DNA of 39,493 nt from Candidatus Thorarchaeota archaeon (GTDB taxonomy: Archaea; Asgardarchaeota; Thorarchaeia; Thorarchaeales; Thorarchaeaceae), in the NCBI GenBank assembly GCA_048882485.1, contig JBHLRP010000029.1, forward strand, positions 1 through 39,493, read 5' to 3'. The notes below the pieces were generated by a model. The model did no database searches. It worked only from the letters and a program-made list of their open reading frames with translations, and was not told the DNA's origin. Position numbers and translations under genes: made by a program. Shown here one piece after another: positions 25,827 to 34,687 of the stretch; position 1 is the stretch's first letter; every line of letters begins with the position of its first letter.

Positions 25827-27032
25827 TTGACTTATGAATTTCCGTATTGGTCCGACCCCGAAAAGGACCAGTTTGATGTTGAAATTGCAGCTTGTATGAA
25901 GTCTGATGATCAGTACCAGATAATTATCAGCGATGAGGTTGTCAGGGCCGCAGGAGGCGGGCAGGGCGGTGACAAAGGTAAGATTCGATTTGGCGATAGA
26001 GTTTCGAAGTTCAATGAAACTGCTAGAATCAAAGGCAATCTGGCGCTTATTGCTGACTCACCCATTGATCCAGGAACGACAGCTACTATCCATATTGACA
26101 TGAGTTGGCGTAGAGCAATGATGAGGAATCATACTGGTGAACATCTGTTCGTTGCGGCGATAAAGAGAAACCATCCGAAAATTGAACTTGGATATATCTG
26201 GATAGATGGAGACCGAGGCACCGTGGATCTTGAAGGGGGAGAACTTGGAATTGACGATTTGGTTGACGCAGAACTCAACGTGCAACATATGATTGAGAAA
26301 GGTATTCCAGTGGAAACCAAACTGGTGAAAGCATCTGAAGTCAGCACAGAAGTCAGAGCACGAGAAGGATTGACTGACAAGCATGAGATGATGAGAATAG
26401 TGAGTGTAGGAGATCACGATAGCTCCGCTTGTTCAGGAATACATGTAACCAATACGCGGGATATTGAACTCTTCAAGGTCATAGATTTCAAAGCAAAAGA
26501 CAATGTTACCAGAGTGACATTTGCTTCCGGACCAAAGGCCAAGAGAGTCTTGGTGGTGACATTCAATCAAGTGCTTCGCCGCAAACACCGCTATCCATTT
26601 GAGATGGAGCAAATTGGTGATGTTCTTGATAAGGCAAAATCTGCAGCCGAGAATCAGAAGCTACTCAAGGAAAAGATTGTCAAGCTAATCTCAGAAGGAA
26701 TCACCACTGAAAACATTGAAGGCATCACCCTTATCCACGAATGCATCCCCGGATTGGAATCAAGGGAGATTAAGAGCATCCTAAAGAAGATCAAGCTTTC
26801 AGGTCCCGGAGTAGTTCTACTCTTCATACCAAGTGAAAAATCGACTCTGACACTTAGCACAAACGAAATGCCATTGGAAGCAAGTGAATATATAGCTCGC
26901 ATTGTGGATGAGATGGGTGGAAGAGGAGGAGGAAGTCGGGATGTCTACACCGGCGGTTTCTCTGAAACAAGTGACCCTGATGAACTGTATTTCACAATTC
27001 TGGACCGTCTACGCACTAGACTACGCGAATAG
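25827..27032 (+). CDS. alaX: Alanyl-tRNA editing protein AlaX with C-Ala/DHHA1 domain
   Basis: GGGQGGDKG, MRNHTGEHLF (HxxxH), CSGIHV (CxxxH), C-terminal GGRGGG. Confidence 0.88.
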   Translation: MTYEFPYWSDPEKDQFDVEIAACMKSDDQYQIIISDEVVRAAGGGQGGDKGKIRFGDRVSKFNETARIKGNLALIADSPIDPGTTATIHIDMSWRRAMMRNHTGEHLFVAAIKRNHPKIELGYIWIDGDRGTVDLEGGELGIDDLVDAELNVQHMIEKGIPVETKLVKASEVSTEVRAREGLTDKHEMMRIVSVGDHDSSACSGIHVTNTRDIELFKVIDFKAKDNVTRVTFASGPKAKRVLVVTFNQVLRRKHRYPFEMEQIGDVLDKAKSAAENQKLLKEKIVKLISEGITTENIEGITLIHECIPGLESREIKSILKKIKLSGPGVVLLFIPSEKSTLTLSTNEMPLEASEYIARIVDEMGGRGGGSRDVYTGGFSETSDPDELYFTILDRLRTRLRE

Positions 27033-27168
27033 CTCCTGCATATTAAGGAATAGTCTCGGTGGGGCCTCTCCATGACATCACCATTCGTGAAAGAGCATTC
27101 TTGCATTAGAGAATGAACTTAGCAAAGCAACCCCACATGATGCAGGGTCCATACTCTCAGGCAGGGGC

Positions 27169-28329
27169 TTGGCAATGGTGGTCTCTCAGGTCTTCAAATC
27201 CCAGTCGCAAATCGAATCAGCTTCGCGGAAGAGAAGCCTGACAGTCTACAGCCCCCCTGGCTTATTCATTGAAACTGCGAAATATCCTATTCTAACTGCT
27301 GGAATCTTGGCAACGCCTGATGCCTCTGAGTGGCTATCAATCTATGACCATCCCGAATCTTGGGGGGGACTTGAGAGAGATGCGATTTTCAATATGAGGA
27401 AGAACCTACTAAGGTTCGTTCTTTCAGTAGATTCCTGGGAGGTTGAGCCAAGAAGAATAGTAGAAGTCTTTCAGACCCTTGCCCTCTCGGCGACTCCTGT
27501 AGCTCTCAATGTTCAAGTCGATGAGGTATCTCATCCTGAACTCCATTCAGTGAAAGGTCTTTTGCCATGCGGTCCATTAGTCAACGCCAGTAATATTGAG
27601 ATTCTGTCTGAACCTGAAATCAGCAGGGTAGCTCAACGCGTTACTGAAATGGATGTTCCTGCATCTGAAGCGATATGGAATCTGTTGAATTTTGACTATA
27701 CTCTCGACCAAATTGCTCGTCTAATGTCAGTCGGTCTCTTGGGTCCATTTGCTCATAGAAGATTAATGCCTCTACGAAGCGCCTACAAGGCGACTATTGA
27801 TACAATCATCAGCCGATGCATAATAGAACTTGCTGATAGCCCTCAGTCCTGTGAGTCGAAGATCTATATGTCGACATTGCTTGGTGATAGTCTCACAGTT
27901 CTATCCATTCCCGGCGAAGCAAGGGTTGACTACCTTAGAATGGAAAAGAGGCAAGGAGGCCTTACCTGTACAAATAGTCTGGAAGATCTTCGTTGTCCAT
28001 CAACTGACACCACGACTTCAGTTCATGCTGACAATGCCCGGTTTTCGACCTACTACACAATGGCCGCTGAAAGGCAAGCTTCACACAATATCATATTCCA
28101 TTTCTCTCGCAGTGCCAGAAACAATTCTCTCGGCCCCTGGATTACAAGAGCCGGAGTGAAGGAAGCACTCCTATCCACTCCTGTTGTAATGGAAGACAAG
28201 GGCAATGCTCTGGCAGTGCTTGATTCTGTCCTCCGACCAGAACTAGGGAGATGGGCTTCAAGCAATCCTCTACTCGAGTTACTCGGACTAGAGGAAGCAG
28301 CTCATCCCCTGGTTCACTCTGCGAATTAG
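27169..28329 (+). CDS. Divergent Nre-family (archaeal DNA repair) protein
   Basis: SPPGLFI..KYP, DHPESW, LMSVGLLG..RRLMPLR resemble the Nre motifs SPPxxFxGxxGYP and GLLG..RRLVPTRW. Confidence 0.7.
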   Translation: MAMVVSQVFKSQSQIESASRKRSLTVYSPPGLFIETAKYPILTAGILATPDASEWLSIYDHPESWGGLERDAIFNMRKNLLRFVLSVDSWEVEPRRIVEVFQTLALSATPVALNVQVDEVSHPELHSVKGLLPCGPLVNASNIEILSEPEISRVAQRVTEMDVPASEAIWNLLNFDYTLDQIARLMSVGLLGPFAHRRLMPLRSAYKATIDTIISRCIIELADSPQSCESKIYMSTLLGDSLTVLSIPGEARVDYLRMEKRQGGLTCTNSLEDLRCPSTDTTTSVHADNARFSTYYTMAAERQASHNIIFHFSRSARNNSLGPWITRAGVKEALLSTPVVMEDKGNALAVLDSVLRPELGRWASSNPLLELLGLEEAAHPLVHSAN

Positions 28330-28334
28330 AAAGC

Positions 28335-28366
28335 AAAAAAAAGAGAGGATAGGGGCTGAGCCCCTA
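28335..28366 (-). terminator. Hairpin plus T8 terminator of the Zn-ribbon operon
   Basis: TAGGGGC-TGA-GCCCCTA at 28350-28366, then TCCTCTCTTTTTTTT on the minus strand. Confidence 0.65.
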
Positions 28367-29332
28367 GATCTGTTCTTTGGCTTCTTTTCGAGAAACACCC
28401 TTGTACATTAAGACCAGTCCTAGAATAGCCATAAGGCTTCCACCAGCAAGACCAGCGCCTACAAATATCTCTAGCATAAATGCCAAAGCCAGGAGTGCAG
28501 CTCCTCCGAGAAGGAGTATGAGGCCAAATCCCAATCCTGCTGCACGAAATGCCATGGACCTTGGGTATTTGCTCTCGATAACATAGCCAGTTGAGGCGGC
28601 TACAGATGCTTTGTACTTGCTGTTGCCGTATTTGTATTCTAGTTCCCAAACCGGCACATGTACCAGAAAGGTTTCCCCTACAGTATTTGTATCATCACGT
28701 TCCTCAATCTTGTCTACTTCGGACATGATAAGGGCCGTCTGTCTGTCATATGCCATTTGCTTTGCCAGGCGTTTTGCCTCTTCTTCACCGATGTTGCTGT
28801 GAAGAACCTTGCCGTCAAACTCCTCTGCGTGTGCGTGGCTGAAGAACTCTTTTGCTCTAGTCGGGATGGGATGTCTCTTGACATCTTCATCAAGATCCTT
28901 CACGCCTGGGATACTGATCTCATGCCTTCTAGTGAATTGCCCTGACTCTGGCTTCCAGAAGTAGTCGATTCGCTTGTAGGCTCCTCTTCTCTGAGGCCAC
29001 TCGTCATAGAAGTTCGCATCTCTACCGAGACCTCGATAGGTTGAATTGGAGTCCACTCTGCTAATCCAGAAGGGATACCAGTACTGTTGATACTGAACGA
29101 AACGGGCCTTGGCAGGCAGATCAGCAGGAGCGCCTAGCTGTTTGGAAACCCAGTCCAGCAATGTAGTCTGAGCCTCTCCTTGATCAAAATGGACGCGTAT
29201 CATGTAGTGGTCAGTGAATTTCGCTCCCTCAGTAGTCTGTGCAGTACCGCAGTAAGGACAGACTAAAAGGACATCTCCACGACCAGCTTCAAAGTCTGCG
29301 TCGCAAAATGCACATCTTGCCAATTCAATCAC
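28364..29332 (-). CDS. Zn-ribbon membrane protein (CxxC..CPYCG, two C-terminal TMs)
   Basis: CAFC..CPYCG, YWYPFW, VHVPVW, two TMs; GTG 29332 overlaps the upstream TGA (GTGA). Confidence 0.8.
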   Translation of the reverse strand: MIELARCAFCDADFEAGRGDVLLVCPYCGTAQTTEGAKFTDHYMIRVHFDQGEAQTTLLDWVSKQLGAPADLPAKARFVQYQQYWYPFWISRVDSNSTYRGLGRDANFYDEWPQRRGAYKRIDYFWKPESGQFTRRHEISIPGVKDLDEDVKRHPIPTRAKEFFSHAHAEEFDGKVLHSNIGEEEAKRLAKQMAYDRQTALIMSEVDKIEERDDTNTVGETFLVHVPVWELEYKYGNSKYKASVAASTGYVIESKYPRSMAFRAAGLGFGLILLLGGAALLALAFMLEIFVGAGLAGGSLMAILGLVLMYKGVSRKEAKEQI

Positions 29333-30390
29333 CCCTTCTTCTCCCGCTGAGTCATAATCAGCACTCGGAACCCAGCTATTGCCATTATCCATCCAACCAC
29401 AGCAGCAAGTCCTCCTCCAAGTAGGAGAGCAGTTTCCGGTTCAGCCAGCATCGCTTGAGTGTATGCGAGCTCTCCACCGATTAGCGCCAGCACGATTCCG
29501 ATAAGACCCACCAGAGTCCACATCGCGCGCTGTGCTTTAGTGATTGGAATTTCACCCAGAACGACCTTTCCACTATGCCCATCTAGCGCGGCCTTGTATA
29601 GGTCGCCTTCAAATTTGTAGCGTACTAGAGCAAAAGGTGCTTGCAGATAAGTGGTGCCACGGACTTCAGTGTTCGTTCTACAGTCAAATAGCTCGCTGAG
29701 TCCACCTGCGGCTTGCGATCGATGTCGATCGGCCACTCGACCATGGATGGTCTTCTCGAACTCCTCCTCACCTATCTCTGCATTTAGAAGGGTCATGTCC
29801 GTTTCTTCATTATTCACAAAGGACCGTAGGTCCTTTATCTTCTCAAAATTATAAGGCTCTGTTTTCTTGAGTTCGACCTTTTCCAGGTACTCTTCAAGTC
29901 CATAGAACCTGGCTCCTTTCCTTGCTAGTAATCGCTCATCTGTATCGGTATGAATCTCATCCTGCACAGGGACATAGCCTGTCTCATAGTCCGTATAGGT
30001 CTCAGTTCTTGTATTGCCATCAGAGTCGCGAACGGTTCTTGTCTTCTGAACTGGAACCTGCACAGTCTTGTAGCCTTTGTACCATGAGTCAGCTTTGACC
30101 TTAGCCGTCCAGACAGGCACGAAAAGTAGCTTGTTCTCGACGACCTGAGCCTTCTGAACAAGGGACTTGTTCATGCCCTTGTTCTTGTCAAGGAATTCTC
30201 GGAAGCCACCTAGACGTTCATCAAGGTCTACGCCGGACTCCATGAGGTGGTCGCCAATGGCCTTCCCCTCAATAGTGGTCGTGCTACCGCAATAAGTGCA
30301 GGTTATCACGACATCGTCAGGGCCGGTCTTGACGTTGCCGCTGCAGACGGGACACTTGAATACGTCCACTGCTTGTGCTTCAGAACTCAT
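29329..30390 (-). CDS. Zn-ribbon membrane protein, paralog of the downstream gene
   Basis: CPVC..CTYCG, LFVPVW, YLQAPF..Y.F...Y...DGHSG...GEIP, two TMs; GGAG RBS. Confidence 0.82.
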   Translation of the reverse strand: MSSEAQAVDVFKCPVCSGNVKTGPDDVVITCTYCGSTTTIEGKAIGDHLMESGVDLDERLGGFREFLDKNKGMNKSLVQKAQVVENKLLFVPVWTAKVKADSWYKGYKTVQVPVQKTRTVRDSDGNTRTETYTDYETGYVPVQDEIHTDTDERLLARKGARFYGLEEYLEKVELKKTEPYNFEKIKDLRSFVNNEETDMTLLNAEIGEEEFEKTIHGRVADRHRSQAAGGLSELFDCRTNTEVRGTTYLQAPFALVRYKFEGDLYKAALDGHSGKVVLGEIPITKAQRAMWTLVGLIGIVLALIGGELAYTQAMLAEPETALLLGGGLAAVVGWIMAIAGFRVLIMTQREKKG

Positions 30391-30472
30391 CGTAAACTCT
30401 CCTCGGAGTTTTCTGGGGGGACATGCGTTCTGATGCCATTTAAGACTTCGTCAGGTATAGACGAGAAACACT

Positions 30473-30929
30473 CTACTCTGGTCTAAACAGCCTATCGCAA
30501 TTTTTGCATCTTGTTGAATCCGCGAAACTGCCCTTCATTTCCTCTGCAAGATAGGTATACCGTGCGTTGCAGTATGGACATGTTAGAATCATTTTCTCTG
30601 GGCCATAATCGATTATCCAATTCTTATCGATTGCAAGCTTCCTAACATATAATGTGAAATCCCGTTCAGCGGCTTGAAGGGCCCTATCCTCCATTCGAAC
30701 ACCGCCTGTTGCAATACACCATAATGTCGCCAAATTTCCTTCTGCCTCATAGTCCAAAACGATACCCAATGTCAGTTCTCCAGGCCTTCTCTGGGAGAAG
30801 GGGTCATGGAGAAAGAACCCGAAGACAATGGAGGCAGTCTTCTTGACTCTCGAACGTGTTCGCATACGACTCCTCTAGAAATCTGAGAAGAATTTCGATA
30901 TCGAGATTCTTCAGCAAAAAGCTCTGCAT
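30473..30929 (-). pseudogene. Frameshifted C-terminal Zn-ribbon protein, paralog of 30985-31458
   Basis: ATG 30929 frame (MQSFLLKNLDIEILLRFLEESYANTFE) and the 30865 frame (RVKKTASIVFGFFLH..CPYC..CKNC) align consecutively to the neighbour; the shift lies at ~30847-30851. Confidence 0.7.
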
Positions 30930-30984
30930 GTGAAATCATCCCCTCATGAGGCAGAAGCTTCACTACTACATAAATCTGAGCGCA

Positions 30985-31458
30985 TCAATATGCAGGGTGA
31001 ACTAGGAATTCCTTAGCGCAGTTGTGACATACAACAGTTGCAACGTTCTGTTGCTCTAAATCAATTCTATAGGCATATGATGCTTTACAATGGGGGCAGG
31101 CCTGAACTATTCTGTCATTGCGTCTGTAGTTCCATTGATTGTTATTGGCTGGACCAAGAATTTCATCGGCCAATTTAGCTTCTTTATCCTCGTATAGAGA
31201 GCTTTCAAAGGTTAAGATAGCCTCTTTGCGTGAAGGGATATATTCCACCACTGTTGTCAACTTGATGAAATCAACATTCGGATCATTCGCTGGCATTCGA
31301 TGAATGAAGACTCCAAACCTAATCTCCTCAAAGCGACTGATTCTTTTGAATATATTAGAGAAGTTCTCTGAGAGATGGCTAAGTAGAAGGTCGATATCCG
31401 GATTCTCTATTATGTAGCTTCTCAAGAAGCGCCGCCTCCTATACTCAGGCAGCTTCAC
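30985..31458 (-). CDS. Hypothetical protein with C-terminal Zn ribbon
   Basis: CPHC-x19-CHNC at the C-terminus. Confidence 0.75.
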   Translation of the reverse strand: MKLPEYRRRRFLRSYIIENPDIDLLLSHLSENFSNIFKRISRFEEIRFGVFIHRMPANDPNVDFIKLTTVVEYIPSRKEAILTFESSLYEDKEAKLADEILGPANNNQWNYRRNDRIVQACPHCKASYAYRIDLEQQNVATVVCHNCAKEFLVHPAY

Positions 31459-31507
31459 TCATTTGTGATATTAAGGATTGCTTCCAAGTGGGAGAGTCAA
31501 GGATGAT

Positions 31508-32653
31508 TTACCGTTTCATTTCATCTCTGAGTCTCGCCGCCGAATACTCATGAACGCGATCCTTTACTTCTTCTCTTGTTGCTTGATGCTTCTCCAAGAA
31601 CTCTAGCATTAAAGGAGCAAGAATCTGCTTGCACTCCCCGCACAGGAGCTCACCAGATCTGCATCCTTGTTCAATCTTTGCAAGTTCCTTATCATCTGGC
31701 ACGAAAATGAAGAGGTAATACTTGAAGACACTGCAGATATCAGGATTAGCTCCTAGTTTCCGCTGTTCCTCGACTGTTGCTCTTCCTCCTGTGAAAGCAG
31801 CCATCACCTTCTTCTTCGCAAGCTTTGGCGTATCCGTTGTGAAAATTGCAGACATAGGTTCGGATGCAGACATCTTTCCATCCTGTCCTTTCAATCCAGG
31901 AACGAATGTGCACTGAATAGATGCGGGCTTGTAGTATCCTAATCGCTCTGCTACATCTCGGGTAACTCGCCAGAATGGGTCTTGATCGATTGCACATGGA
32001 ATGATACATGGAGTTTTCGTCTGGTATACCCAGGAATGTATGAAAGCAGGAACGGCTTGCATCGCAGGATGCCAAACTAGCCCAATGTTTGAGCTATTGG
32101 TGAAGCCAAAGGTGGCTTTCACAGTAGAGAAGGTCACTCTTTTAGCAACATCAACAGCGACTTCATACAACAGGTCAATGTGTCCAATATCCTCTATAAT
32201 ATAGGTATCCTCTGGTTCAAAGCCTAAAGCAAGCAAGTCAAGCGTGTTTTCATAGGCGAAATGCTTCACATCATCAATACTAAGTTGGACGTCTGCGAAG
32301 GCCTTCTCATCTGTGGTTAGTTGGAAGTATAGCCGCGTCTGGAACTTGTCTTGCATCCATTTGGTGAACATCCATGGAACAAGGTGACCAATATGTGTGT
32401 GGCCACTGGGACCACGTCCAGTGTAGAGAACGAACTTGTTCCTCTTCTCATACTCGTCGAGAATCCAACCTAGGTCGCGGTGAGAGAAGAAGAGGTCACG
32501 CTTCAGCATAATGTGAAGATCTCCTGCGATCTTTTCCATTCGCTCCTTCAGTTCAGGTGTGATTCTTTCTGTTCCGAATTCTTTAATGAGGCGATCATAG
32601 TCAACCTTGCCTTTGACCTCCCAAGGAGTAACGACCATTTCATCTTCGTTCAT
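31508..32653 (-). CDS. trpS: Tryptophan--tRNA ligase (archaeal/eukaryotic type)
   Basis: VVTPWEV, YTGRGPSGHTHIGH, IDQDPFWR, KMSAS, AFTGGR, CGECK. Confidence 0.97.
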   Translation of the reverse strand: MNEDEMVVTPWEVKGKVDYDRLIKEFGTERITPELKERMEKIAGDLHIMLKRDLFFSHRDLGWILDEYEKRNKFVLYTGRGPSGHTHIGHLVPWMFTKWMQDKFQTRLYFQLTTDEKAFADVQLSIDDVKHFAYENTLDLLALGFEPEDTYIIEDIGHIDLLYEVAVDVAKRVTFSTVKATFGFTNSSNIGLVWHPAMQAVPAFIHSWVYQTKTPCIIPCAIDQDPFWRVTRDVAERLGYYKPASIQCTFVPGLKGQDGKMSASEPMSAIFTTDTPKLAKKKVMAAFTGGRATVEEQRKLGANPDICSVFKYYLFIFVPDDKELAKIEQGCRSGELLCGECKQILAPLMLEFLEKHQATREEVKDRVHEYSAARLRDEMKR

Positions 32654-32730
32654 TGTAATCCCTCAGGATTGAGGATGTCACCGTGAATCTCTCAGCCTGT
32701 GACTTTGCAATTAAGGATGGCGGTTTTCGT
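32631..32730. repeat. Direct repeat copy 1 (trpS upstream region plus first ~8 codons)
   Basis: Ungapped 89/100 identity to 33632-33731 by manual alignment. Confidence 0.9.
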
Positions 32731-32844
32731 TAAGCCCGATATGCATATCAATGAACAATTTCACAGCATATCAAAGGAGAATGCAATCTTCTGAACTTGA
32801 TTTAGAATCGCTTCTCTCGGATTGCGAACGGTACGGCATGGAGA

Positions 32845-33336
32845 TTAATCGATAAGCCTATGATGCCATTTCCTGATTGCCTGCCTTAGAATATTGAGGA
32901 CATCAGCAGCATCACTTCTTAGGTCTGGTTTCCAGTCCTCTACATCCTTTACATGGGTTTTACCTTCTTTTTCAATCAGAAATCTTTCTAGAATTTTCAG
33001 TTTCTTAAGATCCATTTCAGCTGCTTTCATTGCATCTCTCCCAGAAGGATACCCTCCCCTTGGAGTTTCAGAAGTTGCGTTGACATACCAGGAATTCCTG
33101 TCGATATAAACGGCTACAATACGAGCAGGCACATTTGGAATGGCTTCCACAAAAAGAACCGTATCTCCGGACTTGATTTCAGATTCACTTGCTCTTGGTT
33201 TACCACTTATGTCCAAGATAGTTTCATTAAATTCAAAGAGGACCTTCTTCACGCCCTCTCTTAGAATGTCAAGTGAGGTGTCTACAATGATGCCTTCATC
33301 TTGCATCATTTCCTCATTGTATTCCTTGTCGACCAT
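32845..33336 (-). CDS. Hypothetical protein
   Basis: 163-aa ATG ORF with protein-like composition; no motif recognised. Confidence 0.6.
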   Translation of the reverse strand: MVDKEYNEEMMQDEGIIVDTSLDILREGVKKVLFEFNETILDISGKPRASESEIKSGDTVLFVEAIPNVPARIVAVYIDRNSWYVNATSETPRGGYPSGRDAMKAAEMDLKKLKILERFLIEKEGKTHVKDVEDWKPDLRSDAADVLNILRQAIRKWHHRLID

Positions 33337-33631
33337 AGCAAGTCTTCTGAAATCATGCTGTTTAATCTATGCTTTCTTCCTGGGACATCCCTATGCTTGA
33401 AAATCGATACGACGCAGGAAAGTGGAGTTAATAGTTCTGGCAGAGATGCTCTGATTCTACATATAGCATGAGATAGACGATTATGACTCCGCTTTCATTT
33501 CGTGTTAGTTCTCAGAATAAGCAGGACAAGTCACCAAAATATTCACATTTTTCATGTCAGGAGTACATGGCTTAAACTTTGGTAGTGCTCTGAGCAATGT
33601 ACCGCTCTTCATCTTGATTCTCTTGAACAAG

Positions 33632-33731
33632 ACGATCATGTCATCTTCGTTCATCATAATCACTCTGGAATGTGGATGTCACCGTGAATCTCTCAGCCAG
33701 TGATTTTGCAATAAAGGATGGCGGTTTTCGT
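33632..33731. repeat. Direct repeat copy 2 (duplicated trpS 5' region)
   Basis: Offset 1001 bp from copy 1; encodes MNEDDMIV versus trpS MNEDEMVV. Confidence 0.9.
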
Positions 33732-33798
33732 CACAATGGTTAGGCTAAAAAGGCAGGACTCTCGCCTTTCAATCAATTATCTCCATGAGGTTTGAATC

Positions 33799-34050
33799 AT
33801 GGATATTGATGAGTACGAGTTTGAAGAAGAACGCACCCATTCGAAACTTGCTGAACTCCTTGAGAAAATGGCTGAAGAGATTCGAAAGGGTGAATGCATA
33901 GAGCTTCCAATGCCAAGCTTGAGAGAAGGCCAGATTGAACTGCAGCTGGGGGAGCCTATTGAAACTGGATTAGAAGTAAAGATTCGGAAGAGCACAATTC
34001 GTGTCAATTTAGCGTTACGCTGGAAACGAGCGGAATCCTTGGAGGAATGA
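33799..34050 (+). CDS. Amphi-Trp domain protein
   Basis: Amphipathic helix LAELLEKMAEEIRKG, beta strands, near-terminal LRW; GAGGT RBS. Confidence 0.75.
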   Translation: MDIDEYEFEEERTHSKLAELLEKMAEEIRKGECIELPMPSLREGQIELQLGEPIETGLEVKIRKSTIRVNLALRWKRAESLEE

Positions 34051-34053
34051 ACC

Positions 34054-34677
34054 GTGACAATCGAAGTATTGGATCGGACTGACATTGCCAAAGGACTTGC
34101 TCACATTGCGGAGCATTTGGTCGAGATAGCAGAAGCAATTGACCGGGAATTATGCAAAGCAATAACGGGAGACTGCGAATCTGATTGGGCAACTGATCGA
34201 AACAAAGTGACAAAAGCATTTCAGAAGATAGTACCAAAACATAGCTTTTCTAATCGACTTCCAACAAACGAGGTGGGTTTGATTGCTCTTGAAGCCTTGT
34301 CATCTCTTGTCAAAATCGGCGGAGCGTATCAACGCATATTCTTTATGATAGATATGTTGAGAGATGTTGAGTTTGACGCAGTTTTCATGGATTCTTTGAG
34401 TTCCATTTCTCGCAAAGTCTACGATGCAGTCCTTGCCCTCAAGAATATGGCAGATGGATTTCCTGATGATCCAAATGCAATCACTGAGTGTAGCGAAACC
34501 ATTTCAAGGATAGAGCGTGAAGTGGATGAAGAGCATATAATAATATGTCGCCAAATCTCCGTAGCAACCGAAGGACATCCAGGCTATGTGGTCTATCTTA
34601 TGAGAAAGATTGTGGGAGAACTGGAACATATTACGGATAACCTACAAGACTTCGCTGAAACTGTCGAAGGTTTTTGA
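34054..34677 (+). CDS. PhoU/DUF47-like helical-bundle protein
   Basis: ISRIEREVDE and ELEHITDNLQDFAE resemble the E-x3-D and ExxxD motifs of PhoU/DUF47. Confidence 0.65.
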   Translation: MTIEVLDRTDIAKGLAHIAEHLVEIAEAIDRELCKAITGDCESDWATDRNKVTKAFQKIVPKHSFSNRLPTNEVGLIALEALSSLVKIGGAYQRIFFMIDMLRDVEFDAVFMDSLSSISRKVYDAVLALKNMADGFPDDPNAITECSETISRIEREVDEEHIIICRQISVATEGHPGYVVYLMRKIVGELEHITDNLQDFAETVEGF

Positions 34678-34687
34678 GGTGTGACTC

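Noticed and set aside
32654-32730. T-box or attenuator upstream of trpS
   Set aside because: Too short, with no T-box motif and no Trp-rich leader peptide.
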